From NCBI RefSeq assembly GCF_003044035.1, contig NZ_NVQC01000021.1, positions 1 through 29,446 on the forward strand: 29,446 bases of DNA. The letters are read 5' to 3'. Position 1 is the stretch's first letter, and the number at the start of each line of letters is the position of its first letter. The DNA is from Candidatus Methylomirabilis limnetica (GTDB lineage Bacteria > Methylomirabilota > Methylomirabilia > Methylomirabilales > Methylomirabilaceae). Under the pieces are notes generated by a model, which was not told the DNA's origin, made no database searches, and worked only from the letters and a program-made list of their open reading frames with translations. Of the stretch, positions 1 to 8,309 are shown piece by piece. The translations under genes were made by a program, and so were the position numbers.

Positions 1-526
1 GTTTCTTTGGGACATGCGCCAGGATGCGGCGGATGTCGGGCAGAAAGCCCATATCGAGCATGCGGTCTGCTTCATCGAGTACCAGGTACTCGATGCCGGT
101 GAGGCGCGCATACGGGTACTGGCAGTGATCGAGGAGCCTGCCGGGGGTCGCGACCAGGACGTCCACGCCTCGGCGGAATGCTCCTTCCTGGGGTCCCATG
201 GAGACGCCCCCGTAGACTGCGGCGCCCTTCAGAGACGTGTGTACGGCGAGCGCGTGAAAGTGCTCCGCAATCTGCGCCGCCAGTTCCCGGGTGGGCGCCA
301 GGATGAGCGCCCTCGTGGTGCCCCTGGGCTTCTCCATGAGGCGGTGGAGGATAGGCAGGAGAAACGCCGCGGTCTTACCGCTCCCTGTCACGGCGGTAGC
401 CATGACGTCGCGGCCCTCCATGAGGGGCGGCACAGCGAGACTTTGGATCGGCGTGGGCTTCTCAAACCCCATGGTGTGGATGGCTTTCAAAAGGTTAGCG
501 TTCAGGGTGAATGATGAAAACGGCAT
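1..526 (-). CDS. DEAD-box ATP-dependent RNA helicase, N-terminal ~175 codons (gene continues beyond the left edge)
   Basis: Absent from the ORF track because there is no stop in the window. My reverse-complement translation from the ATG (526-524) reads MPFSSFTLNANLLKAIHTMGFEKPTPIQSLAVPPLMEGRDVMATAVTGSGKTAAFLLPILHRL...APTRELAAQI...YLVLDEADRMLDMGF. This shows the Q motif, motif I (AxTGSGKT), Ia (PTRELA) and II (DEAD). A GGAGGAG Shine-Dalgarno lies on the - strand at 529-535. Confidence 0.9.
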   Translation of the reverse strand, partial: MPFSSFTLNANLLKAIHTMGFEKPTPIQSLAVPPLMEGRDVMATAVTGSGKTAAFLLPILHRLMEKPRGTTRALILAPTRELAAQIAEHFHALAVHTSLKGAAVYGGVSMGPQEGAFRRGVDVLVATPGRLLDHCQYPYARLTGIEYLVLDEADRMLDMGFLPDIRRILAHVPKK

Positions 527-788
527 ACTCCTCCTACTGCGGTGGTTGGGCGCACCTGTCATCAGAGATGAGCAAAGAAGCGCCCGCGCTGTTTGTCCGG
601 TCGGATTGATGAGTGGGGCTAACGGCGGGATCACCGGAGAAGTCGCCGTGCAGATTCTAAAACGTCCCAGCTCGACACTCGATCGAGCCGCGTCAGGGTC
701 TCGATCGATCTTGCTATTGCAGTTTCGAGGTACTCTAGCACGCCTGGCGTGTTTGTTCAAGGGGGAAGTGTGGGGACGGGAGGGTGGC

Positions 789-817
789 TTGACGTGAGTG
801 GGACGCTATGAAAGAAT
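789..817 (+). promoter_or_regulatory. candidate sigma70-type promoter for the SBP56/SCO1 gene pair
   Basis: TTGACG (789-794), 17 nt spacer, AAGAAT (812-817). It overlaps the upstream in-frame ATG at 808, which favours ATG 865 as the real start. Motif match only. Confidence 0.3.
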
Positions 818-864
818 ACGCTTGGGTTGTGGCAATCCACAAAAACCGAAAGAGGGGAACGAGC

Positions 865-2115
865 ATGAACAAACTCTATCGCTTGTTAGCAATGCTGTGG
901 CTCGCGACCATCGCGCTGATGGGTGGCTCTGCTCTAGCCGATGAGACCTGCCAGTCTCCCTTTCTCCCGAAGGTGACCGGGCAAGAGGACTACATCTATG
1001 TCTGGACGTTGGGGATCAAGGGGGTGGCAGATGGAAACGATAGCCTCGTGACCGTTGACTCGAATCCTAAGTCCCGAACATACGGGCAGATCATCCACCG
1101 GGCCCCTGTCCCTGGGCGGCATGAGGCTCACCATGCCGGGTTCACCGACGACCGGCGGCATCTGTGGGCCGGAGGTCTGGACGACAGCTTCATCTTCATC
1201 TTCGACGTAGTCGCGAACCCGGCCAAGCCCAAGTTAATCAAGACGATCAAGAGCTTTGTAAAGGATACTGGCGGTCTGGTAGGCCCCCACACCTTCTATG
1301 CCCTGCCGGGGCGGATGCTCATCACGGCCCTCTCGAATGCCACGGACAACTCAGGCAGGACGGGGCTGGCGGAGTACTCTAACGAGGGGCGTTTCATCCG
1401 GACGATCTGGATGCCAAAGGAGGCGCCCTATGGCTATGACGTGCGGGTCAACATCAATCTGAACCGCATGCTCACCTCCTCCTTCACCGGCAAGAAGAAC
1501 TACATGCGGCCTCTCGGCGAGTTGGTCAAGGATGCGAGCGCGATGAAGGAGTTCGGCGGTGCGGTGGTGGTCTGGGACTTCCATGCCCGAAAGCCACTCC
1601 AGGTCCTGCAGATTCCTGGCGCACCGCTGGAGCTTCGATGGGCGCTGATGCCGAATCACTACTACGCCTTCACGGCAACGGCGCTCACCCACCAGCTCGT
1701 TCTCATCTACCTGCAAGAGGACGGGACCTGGGCCACCAAGGCCATCGCCGATCTCGGCGAGAACCTTCCCGTCGATATCAGCATCGCCCCCGACGACAGC
1801 AAGATCTATGTCACCTCATTTATGGACGGTACGCTGCGAGTGTACGACATCTCCAATCCCTTCGAAGCCAAGCTGATCGAGCAGGTGAAGCTTGGCGAGA
1901 TGGCGAACATGGTGTCTGAATCGTGGGATGGCACGCGCATCTACGTCACCAACTCGCTGCTCTCGCAATGGGATAAGCCGGGCGACTACTGGCTCAAGGC
2001 CTATGCGTGGGAGAATGGGAAGCTCGTGTACAAGTTCACCACGGACTTCAACTCGGTGGGACGGGCTCACCTCATGAACTTCGGGAGCAAGGCGCTGCGC
2101 ACCAAGGTTGAGTAG
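865..2115 (+). CDS. mtoX: SBP56 (56-kDa selenium-binding protein) family protein, methanethiol-oxidase-like, exported
   Basis: ORF track gives 808..2115. I prefer ATG 865: it has an AGAGGGGA SD at 851-858 and gives the Sec-type signal MNKLYRLLAMLWLATIALMGGSALA. Family-typical blocks seen by eye: GPHTFYALPGRMLITALSN, YGYDVRVN, VVVWDF, DISIAPDDSKIYVTSFMDGTLRVYDIS, RIYVTNSLLSQWDK. A SCO1/SenC gene follows immediately, as I recall for the characterised Hyphomicrobium mtoX locus. The symbol rests on family plus synteny, not on any assay. Confidence 0.7.
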   Translation: MNKLYRLLAMLWLATIALMGGSALADETCQSPFLPKVTGQEDYIYVWTLGIKGVADGNDSLVTVDSNPKSRTYGQIIHRAPVPGRHEAHHAGFTDDRRHLWAGGLDDSFIFIFDVVANPAKPKLIKTIKSFVKDTGGLVGPHTFYALPGRMLITALSNATDNSGRTGLAEYSNEGRFIRTIWMPKEAPYGYDVRVNINLNRMLTSSFTGKKNYMRPLGELVKDASAMKEFGGAVVVWDFHARKPLQVLQIPGAPLELRWALMPNHYYAFTATALTHQLVLIYLQEDGTWATKAIADLGENLPVDISIAPDDSKIYVTSFMDGTLRVYDISNPFEAKLIEQVKLGEMANMVSESWDGTRIYVTNSLLSQWDKPGDYWLKAYAWENGKLVYKFTTDFNSVGRAHLMNFGSKALRTKVE

Positions 2116-2143
2116 TCATGCGCTGCCTGGCAAATCCCTCGGG

Positions 2144-2231
2144 GTCATTGCGAGGGAGCACAGCGACCGAAGCAATCTCGCAGTGCAACTACAGTGAGAT
2201 TGCCGCACTCCCTTCGGTCGCTCGCAATGAC
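2144..2231. repeat. ~88-nt imperfect palindromic element of the GTCATTGCGAG...CTCGCAATGAC class
   Basis: Left arm: GTCATTGCGAG (2144-2154), CGACCGAAG/GCAATCTC (2164-2179). Right arm: GAGATTGC (2196-2203), CTTCGGTCG+CTCGCAATGAC (2212-2231). It translates to the spurious peptide SLRGSTATEAIS...IAALPSVARNDN typical of this dispersed repeat class. A short related fragment, GTCGCAATAATGGACGTCATTGC, lies at 5043-5065. Confidence 0.7.
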
Positions 2232-2291
2232 AACTCGCGGCGCGGGAATCCTCGCCTCGTACTTTCATGCTCGCAGGCGCGCAAACGGCGC

Positions 2292-2999
2292 ATGAGGTAC
2301 TGGCTGATGTTGATCGGCGTCTGGATTGCGGCAGCCCTTCTCGCGCTAGATTTCCGGACGGCCCACGCCCATGAGATTCCGGGATTCGAGGACACGTACA
2401 TCCAGGGCATGTTCTCGCCCAAGTTTACCCCGCCGGCCGCCGGGACCTACGACCTTCCCGTGATCAGGCATGTCCAGGCCTTCGTTCTGATCGATGCCGC
2501 CGGCCGCCGCGTCAATACCGCTTCTCTCATGCGCGGCAAGGTGGCGGTCGTCAGCTTCATCTACACGACCTGCTCCGACCGGCTTGGTTGCCCCCTGGCC
2601 GGTATAGCCCTCCGAGAACTCCAGATCAAGCTCGCGCAGGAGGGCCTTCAGGATCAGGCCGTACTGCTGTCTATCAGTCTGGATCCTGAACACGATACAC
2701 CTGCTCAGCTTGCCAAATACGCTCACGCCTTCGGGGTAGAGTCGTCACGATGGCATATGCTGACGGCTTCTTCGGAGCAGGTACTCAAGGCGACGCTGAG
2801 AAGCTTTGGGCAGGATCGGGCCAAGATCTACGACGAGCGCGGTCGCTTTACCGGCCGATACCGTCATGTCCTCAAGGTCTTCCTGGTGGACCAGGCAGGG
2901 CAGGTTCGCAACATCTACAGCACGGGTTCCCTGGTACCCCAGGTGATGGTAAACGATATTAAGACGGTGCTGGCCGACAAGACCACCGGTCAGCAGTAG
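2292..2999 (+). CDS. SCO1/SenC family copper chaperone / thiol-disulfide protein, membrane anchored
   Basis: ORF track gives 2118..2999, but its first 58 codons read through the palindromic repeat. ATG 2292 gives the N-terminal anchor MRYWLMLIGVWIAAALLAL. SCO-type thioredoxin-fold blocks: VAVVSFIYTTCSDRLGCP (Cys pair) and GRYRHVLKVFLVDQAGQVR (conserved His). An alternative start at 2118 cannot be excluded. Confidence 0.75.
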   Translation: MRYWLMLIGVWIAAALLALDFRTAHAHEIPGFEDTYIQGMFSPKFTPPAAGTYDLPVIRHVQAFVLIDAAGRRVNTASLMRGKVAVVSFIYTTCSDRLGCPLAGIALRELQIKLAQEGLQDQAVLLSISLDPEHDTPAQLAKYAHAFGVESSRWHMLTASSEQVLKATLRSFGQDRAKIYDERGRFTGRYRHVLKVFLVDQAGQVRNIYSTGSLVPQVMVNDIKTVLADKTTGQQ

Positions 3000-3107
3000 G
3001 TCAGGTGGCCTGCGCTCTTTCGTTTTTTCCTCTTTTGCGGTATTAATGAACGTCTCGGGTGGCTGCCGGGTCGCGGGTTCACGGTCGAAGGCAAGGAGTG
3101 AGTAGGA

Positions 3108-4946
3108 ATGGAGAATATCAGGCAAACCGTAAAGCGCGTGTGGGGCTACGACACGCTCCTCCCGTTGCAGGAAGAGGCCATGAGGGCGGTGCTGGCGCGG
3201 CGGGACTCCATCGTCATCCTGCCGACGGGAGGCGGGAAGTCGCTCTGCTTTCAGGCGCCGGCAGCGGCGATGGGGACACTGACCGTAGTGGTGTCGCCCC
3301 TCATCGCCCTCATGAAGGACCAGGTGGACGGGCTCACCACCGCCGGGGTGCCGGCCGCCTTTCTGAACAGCAGCCTGACGAGCGACGAGCGACGGCTGGT
3401 GGAGGACAACGTGGTCCGCGGGCGGTACCACCTCCTGTACGTGGCCCCTGAGCGGCTGGTACTGCCTCCATGCTTAGGGTTGCTGAGGCGAGCCGGGGTG
3501 GCATGCTTCGCGATCGACGAAGCGCACTGCATCAGCCAGTGGGGGCACGACTTCCGGCCGGAGTATCGGCAGCTCAGGGTGGTGCGAGAGGTCTTTCCGG
3601 ACGTGGCCATCCATGCCTTTACGGCTACGGCCACACCGCGAGTGCGGGCGGACATCGCCACGGAATTGGGGCTACGGGAGCCAGAGATCCTGGTTGGGAG
3701 CTTCGACCGCCCAAACCTGGTCTACCGGGTGCGTCGGCGCACGGATCGGCTGCGGCAGGTCACGGAGGCGTTGGAGCGGCACCGGGGAGCGGCTGGGATC
3801 ATCTACTGCATCCGCCGGGCGGAGGTGGATCAGCTCGCCGACGCGCTGCGACGGTTGAGTTACCGGGCAGTGGCCTATCACGCCGGGTTGGCCGATGCCG
3901 AACGACGGCGTGCGCAGGATGACTTCATCACGGAACGGGCGGATGTCATGGTGGCCACGGTGGCGTTCGGGATGGGTATTGACCGGTCCGACGTGCGCTA
4001 CGTCATCCACGCCGGCATGCCCAAGTCCATCGAGCACTACCAGCAGGAGGCGGGCCGGGCCGGGCGCGACGGCCTGCCGTCGGAGTGCCTCCTGCTCTAC
4101 TCCGGCGGCGACTTCGGCCTGTGGCGGTCCATTCTAATGGCGGAGGGGCTGCCGGCGCCGGGTGCCATGCAAAAGCTTGGGGAGATGTACGACTACTGCC
4201 AGGGAGCCGCCTGTCGGCACCGCTTTCTGGTAGAGTACTTCGGCCAGGCATCCCGCGCGGACACGTGCGGAGCCTGCGACGTCTGCCTCGGCGAGATTGC
4301 CGTCGAGGATGGCTCGGCGGCGATGGCGCGGCAGATCCTCGCCGCCGTCACAGAGATGGGGGAGCGGTTCGGCGCCGGCTACGTGGCGGACGTCCTGTGT
4401 GGCGCCAAAACCGCCCGGATCGCGGAGATGCGCCACGACCGACTGGACGCCTACGGTGTGCTGCGACAGTACTCGAAGGCGACGGTGCGGAGCTGGATTG
4501 AGCAACTCGAGGGACAGGAGTGTCTGGCACGTGGCGAGGGCGAGTACCCAACGCTCGACGTCACCGCACGGGGCCATCGGGTCCTTCGGGGAGAAAGTGC
4601 AGTGCCGCTTCTCCGGACAGTAGCCAGGTCCGTACGCCAGGCGCCATCCCGGGCCGCGCGCCCGGCTGTGCCGCCTAGCCTGGGCCAAATGAGCGATGAG
4701 GACCTGTTCGAGATGCTACGTGTCCTCCGTCGGACCATGGCCGCAGAGCGCGGTATCCCACCCTACCTCATCTTCAGCGACGCCAGCCTGCGTGAGATGG
4801 CACGAGAACGCCCCACCGCCAAGGACGCCTTCCTGCAGATCAAGGGGGTCGGCCTGCGCAAGCTCCAGGAGCTTGGCCCACGCTTTCTGGCCTGCATCCG
4901 CGCGCACAAAGACGGCTCCGCCGCCGGCACTTCGCCTGTGCCCTGA
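3108..4946 (+). CDS. recQ: ATP-dependent DNA helicase RecQ
   Basis: AAGGAG SD upstream. Motifs: LPTGGGKSLCFQ (Walker A), FAIDEAHCISQWGHDFRPEY (DEAH box), the RecQ-Ct zinc cluster CRHRFLVEYFG...CGACDVC, and a C-terminal HRDC domain (LFEMLRVLRRTMAAERGIPPYLIFSDASLREMA). Confidence 0.93.
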   Translation: MENIRQTVKRVWGYDTLLPLQEEAMRAVLARRDSIVILPTGGGKSLCFQAPAAAMGTLTVVVSPLIALMKDQVDGLTTAGVPAAFLNSSLTSDERRLVEDNVVRGRYHLLYVAPERLVLPPCLGLLRRAGVACFAIDEAHCISQWGHDFRPEYRQLRVVREVFPDVAIHAFTATATPRVRADIATELGLREPEILVGSFDRPNLVYRVRRRTDRLRQVTEALERHRGAAGIIYCIRRAEVDQLADALRRLSYRAVAYHAGLADAERRRAQDDFITERADVMVATVAFGMGIDRSDVRYVIHAGMPKSIEHYQQEAGRAGRDGLPSECLLLYSGGDFGLWRSILMAEGLPAPGAMQKLGEMYDYCQGAACRHRFLVEYFGQASRADTCGACDVCLGEIAVEDGSAAMARQILAAVTEMGERFGAGYVADVLCGAKTARIAEMRHDRLDAYGVLRQYSKATVRSWIEQLEGQECLARGEGEYPTLDVTARGHRVLRGESAVPLLRTVARSVRQAPSRAARPAVPPSLGQMSDEDLFEMLRVLRRTMAAERGIPPYLIFSDASLREMARERPTAKDAFLQIKGVGLRKLQELGPRFLACIRAHKDGSAAGTSPVP

Positions 4947-4990
4947 ACCACCCGCTCGCCTGCTCAGCAGGACTGACCCACCCTTGAGCC

Positions 4991-5019
4991 TTGACTTTCC
5001 TTCCATGCGTGTCTATGCT
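4991..5019 (+). promoter_or_regulatory. candidate sigma70-type promoter upstream of the SOD-like gene
   Basis: TTGACT (4991-4996), 17 nt spacer, TATGCT (5014-5019). This would give a ~200-nt leader containing the hairpin repeats at 5089-5150. Motif match only. Confidence 0.3.
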
Positions 5020-5088
5020 CCCTTCTGTACATGGCGCCGTCAGTCGCAATAATGGACGTCATTGCCCAGAAAGTCCCCCCCATCCTCA

Positions 5089-5150
5089 CCTTCCCCCTCG
5101 TGGGGGGAAGGGACACCTCACGCGAACTCCTCCCCCCTTGAGGGGGAGGA
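5089..5150. repeat. two G/C-clamped hairpins (C5/G5-type dispersed palindromes)
   Basis: Hairpin 1: CCTTCCCCC (5089-5097) pairs with GGGGGAAGG (5103-5111), loop TCGTG. Hairpin 2: TCCTCCCCC (5128-5136) pairs with GGGGGAGGA (5142-5150), loop CTTGA. A G8 run follows at 5158-5165. The same word set (CCCCCTCC / GGAGGGGG) flanks the DUF559 gene at 20533-20556 and 20950-20972, and occurs again at 25210-25232. Confidence 0.7.
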
Positions 5151-5222
5151 TACAGGTGGGGGGGGTGATGGGTCCGGAAACACGGGTCAACCCTTATCGG
5201 TTCGTCAGAGGAGGAACAACCA

Positions 5223-5825
5223 ATGGCTTACGAGGCAAGGAATTACGAGCAGTTGCTGGGCATCGAGGGATTGAGCGATCAGCTCTTTAAAAACCATTTT
5301 ACGCTCTACCAGGGATATGTGACCAATACTAATAAGCTGGCCGACGCGTTGAATCACATGCTCACGGAGGGCAAGATAGCCGTTCCGGAATACGCAGAAC
5401 TGAAGCGTCGATTTGGATGGGAATTCAACGGAATGCGCTTGCATGAGTACTATTTTGGGAATATGGTGAAAGGCGGAAAAGGGCTGGACCCGGCATCAGG
5501 ATTAGCTCAAAAGCTTGCAGCCGACTGGGGTTCCTACGACAATTGGCAGAAGGATTTTAAAGCCTCAGGCGCCATCAGGGGAATCGGGTGGGTGGTCCTG
5601 TGCCTTGACCCGATCGCGAATCGAACATGTAATGTCTGGATTAATGAGCATGACGGGGGGCACCTGGCCGGGGGCATCCCGTTAATGATCATGGATGTCT
5701 TCGAACATGCGTTTATGATTGACTACGGGCTGAAGCGAGCCGATTACATTGAGTCCTTCTTTCGAGCCATTGACTGGTCTACTGTGACATCGCGGCACGC
5801 CAACGCTCCGAAGGTAACCTTATAG
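5223..5825 (+). CDS. Fe/Mn superoxide dismutase family protein (divergent subfamily)
   Basis: GAGGAGGAA SD upstream. Aligned by eye to E. coli SodB: KNH-FTLYQGYVTN against EYH-YGKHHQTYVTN, LHEYYF against WNHTFYW, GIGWVVL against GSGWTWL, DVFEHAFMIDY against DVWEHAYYIDY. All four metal ligands (H, H, D, H) are retained, but the second-sphere HH is replaced by LY/Q. Confidence 0.75.
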   Translation: MAYEARNYEQLLGIEGLSDQLFKNHFTLYQGYVTNTNKLADALNHMLTEGKIAVPEYAELKRRFGWEFNGMRLHEYYFGNMVKGGKGLDPASGLAQKLAADWGSYDNWQKDFKASGAIRGIGWVVLCLDPIANRTCNVWINEHDGGHLAGGIPLMIMDVFEHAFMIDYGLKRADYIESFFRAIDWSTVTSRHANAPKVTL

Positions 5826-5841
5826 AGGTAGGCTGAGTAAG

Positions 5842-6045
5842 ATGAGCCTGTATTGGAACGACCCGTACGAGATCGCGCAGGCCCTGATTCAGTCCCATCC
5901 TGAACAGGATCCCCTGGAGGTCCCGTTTACCACTATGCACAAGTGGATCACCGAGCTCGCGGATTTCGACGACGATCCTAACGGCGTCTCAGAGGCCAAG
6001 CTGGAGGCAGTCCAGATGGCCTGGTACGAGGAGGCGACGGGCTAA
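5842..6045 (+). CDS. iscX: Fe-S cluster assembly accessory protein IscX (YfhJ)
   Basis: The 67-aa product MSLYWNDPYEIAQALIQSHPEQDPLEVPFTTMHKWITELADFDDDPNGVSEAKLEAVQMAWYEE is colinear with E. coli IscX ([47 protein letters not shown]...). Confidence 0.9.
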   Translation: MSLYWNDPYEIAQALIQSHPEQDPLEVPFTTMHKWITELADFDDDPNGVSEAKLEAVQMAWYEEATG

Positions 6046-6070
6046 ACCCTCACGTCGGAGTGGCGCCCTG

Positions 6071-8278
6071 ATGCCTGCGCAGTCATACGACACGCTCCAG
6101 GGAACGCTGGAGCGGATCACCTATATCAATGAAGAGAACCACTATGTGGTGGCCAAGCTCCAGGTGCCTGGGCGGCGCGACCTGGCCACCATTGTAGGAA
6201 GCCTGCCAACCGTCACGCCAGGCGAGACCCTCAAGCTGACCGGCGAGTGGGTCCAGCACAACAGATACGGCGAACAGTTTAAGGTCGAGGCGTTCGAGAC
6301 TATCGCCCCCGCAACGCTCACCGGTATCGAGAAGTATCTGGGCTCCGGCCTCATCAAAGGTATCGGCCCGATCTTCGCCAGAAAGCTGGTGGAGGCCTTC
6401 GACGTCGACACCCTGCGCATCATCGAGGAGGAGCCCTCCCGCCTGCTCACAGTGGATGGGATCGGCGAGGTGCGCCTTCAGCGAATCCGGGCCGCCTGGG
6501 AAGAGCAGAAAGAGATCCGGGAGGTGATGATCTTCCTGCAGGGCCATGGCGTCTCCTCCGCCTATGCTGCCAAGATCTTCAAGACCTACGGGAAATCCTC
6601 CATCGCCATCGTCCAGGAGAACCCCTACCGGCTGGCCAAGGATATTTACGGAATCGGATTCAAGACCGCAGACCGAATCGCCCAGGCGATTGGGATCGAG
6701 CCGCATTCGCCTATGCGGGTAGAGGCTGGGGTGATCCATGTCCTGACCGAGCTGGCCGGGGAGGGCCACGTCTATTACCCCCTTGACGGCCTCACGAAGG
6801 CGAGCGCCGGCATTCTGGAGGTGGACGAGGATCTGACGACCCAGGCGATTGAGCGGCTTCGACGCGAGGAGCGGGTCATCTGTGAGCCTGGGCTGCAAGG
6901 GGTGGCGGTCTATCTTGCCTCGCTGTATGCGGCGGAGGAAGGGGTCGCTCGGCGCCTGCAGGCCCTGGCTGAAGGCGGTGCGCTCCCTGCGGACATCGAC
7001 ATCGAACGCGCCATCCTCTGGTCGGAGCAGGTAAATAGGCTGAGCCTGGCGGAGCAACAGAAGGAGGCGATTCGTGAGGCCCTCATACGTAAGCTGCTGG
7101 TCATCACCGGCGGTCCCGGTACCGGCAAGACGACCATCCTGAGGTGCATCCTGCAGATCCTGGAGAAGAAACATCGCCGAATGCTCCTCTGCTCTCCTAC
7201 GGGGCGAGCGGCGAAGCGGATGAGTGAAGCCACAGGACGAGAGGCCAAGACCATCCACCGTCTCCTGGAGTTCAGCCCCAAGGATGGTCGGTTCAAGCGG
7301 GACCAACACAGACCGCTGGATGCCGATCTGGTGATTGTGGACGAGGCCTCGATGATCGACGTGGTGTTAATGAACTCCCTCCTGAAGGCCATCCCCCCGG
7401 CTGCCGGTCTGATTCTGGTGGGTGACGTGGACCAGCTTCCATCGGTTGGGCCGGGCGCAATCCTCCGAGACATCATCGCGTCGAGCCTTATCCAGGTCAT
7501 CCGACTGTCCGAGATCTTCCGACAGGCCCGGGAGAGCCAGATTGTGATCAATGCCCACCGAATCAATCGGGGGGAGTTCCCGTTCTGTGCCGATTGGGAG
7601 GCGCAGGAGCAAGGCGACTGTTACCTGCTCGCCAAACAAGAAGCTCTGGAGGTCCAAGCGGCAATCCTGGAGCTGGCGTCAAGCGGCCTGCCAACGCGGC
7701 ATCGCGTGGACCCACTGGAGGAACTACAGATCCTGAGCCCAATGCAGAAAGGACCGATCGGCGCCATGCAACTGAATCAGGCGCTGCAAGCGCTCCTGAA
7801 CCCGTCAGGACCGGAGCTGCTTCGCGCCGGTCGCCTCTACCGGCTTGGGGACCGCGTCATGCAGATCAGGAACAACTACGACAAAGACGTCTACAACGGT
7901 GACATTGGCCGGATCGTCAAACTCGATCTGGAGGACCGCGAGGTCACCGTCCGGTTTGACGGCCGCGAAGTCACATACGACTTTAATGAGCTGGACGAGT
8001 TGGTACTCGCCTACGCCGTCACGATCCACAAGAGCCAGGGCAGTGAGTATCCGGTTGTGGTTATCCCGGTCCACACCGCGCACTACGTCATGCTTCAGCG
8101 AAACCTCCTCTACACCGCCATCACGCGAGGCAGGCGCCTGGTCGTCCTGGTAGGAACCAAGAAGGCGATCGCCATCGCCGTGAAAAATCAGAAGATCCAG
8201 CTTCGCTACACGGGACTCGCCAGTCGGCTGCAAAAAGACCGCCAAGAGCCCGTGCTCTCGCTGGCGCTTTCCGAATAA
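6071..8278 (+). CDS. recD2: RecD2-type SF1 5'-3' DNA helicase (RecD/TraA family)
   Basis: N-terminal OB/HhH region (LERITYINEENHYVVAKLQV..., GIGPIFARKLV, GIGFKTADRIA). Walker A ITGGPGTGKTT, Walker B LVIVDEASMID, VGDVDQLPSVGPG, and the C-terminal block AYAVTIHKSQGSEYPVVV...LLYTAITRGR. Confidence 0.9.
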   Translation: MPAQSYDTLQGTLERITYINEENHYVVAKLQVPGRRDLATIVGSLPTVTPGETLKLTGEWVQHNRYGEQFKVEAFETIAPATLTGIEKYLGSGLIKGIGPIFARKLVEAFDVDTLRIIEEEPSRLLTVDGIGEVRLQRIRAAWEEQKEIREVMIFLQGHGVSSAYAAKIFKTYGKSSIAIVQENPYRLAKDIYGIGFKTADRIAQAIGIEPHSPMRVEAGVIHVLTELAGEGHVYYPLDGLTKASAGILEVDEDLTTQAIERLRREERVICEPGLQGVAVYLASLYAAEEGVARRLQALAEGGALPADIDIERAILWSEQVNRLSLAEQQKEAIREALIRKLLVITGGPGTGKTTILRCILQILEKKHRRMLLCSPTGRAAKRMSEATGREAKTIHRLLEFSPKDGRFKRDQHRPLDADLVIVDEASMIDVVLMNSLLKAIPPAAGLILVGDVDQLPSVGPGAILRDIIASSLIQVIRLSEIFRQARESQIVINAHRINRGEFPFCADWEAQEQGDCYLLAKQEALEVQAAILELASSGLPTRHRVDPLEELQILSPMQKGPIGAMQLNQALQALLNPSGPELLRAGRLYRLGDRVMQIRNNYDKDVYNGDIGRIVKLDLEDREVTVRFDGREVTYDFNELDELVLAYAVTIHKSQGSEYPVVVIPVHTAHYVMLQRNLLYTAITRGRRLVVLVGTKKAIAIAVKNQKIQLRYTGLASRLQKDRQEPVLSLALSE

Positions 8279-8309
8279 GATCCGTGGCTGCGACGAAGAA
8301 AGGTCACCG

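Noticed and set aside
14-514. 166-aa + strand ORF at the left edge
   Set aside because: It is the antisense shadow of the clearly recognisable DEAD-box helicase gene on the - strand (Q motif, GSGKT, PTRELA, DEAD). Its own translation has no family features.
2118-2291. 58-codon N-terminal extension of the SCO1 ORF starting at the ATG just after the mtoX stop
   Set aside because: The extension is the translation of the palindromic GTCATTGCGAG-type repeat (SLRGSTATEAIS...IAALPSVARNDN). The membrane anchor begins at Met59 (ATG 2292). I keep it only as an alternative start.
4991-5290. Small ORFs across the recQ-sod spacer (99 aa and 70 aa; PPRGGKGH..., SPLEGEDTGGGG...)
   Set aside because: These are translations of the G/C-clamped hairpin repeats and the G8 run. 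They show no SD or coding signature and overlap the start of the real SOD-like gene.
6083-7309. Long - strand ORFs (408 aa here; also 9041-10528 at 495 aa, 16715-18103 at 462 aa, 27127-28149 at 340 aa, 24249-25013, 19904-20539)
   Set aside because: All lie antisense to + strand genes with strong family motifs. Their translations are Arg/Gly/Pro/Asp-rich, with no motifs, signal peptides or SD sequences. These are the typical stop-poor shadow frames of high-GC DNA.
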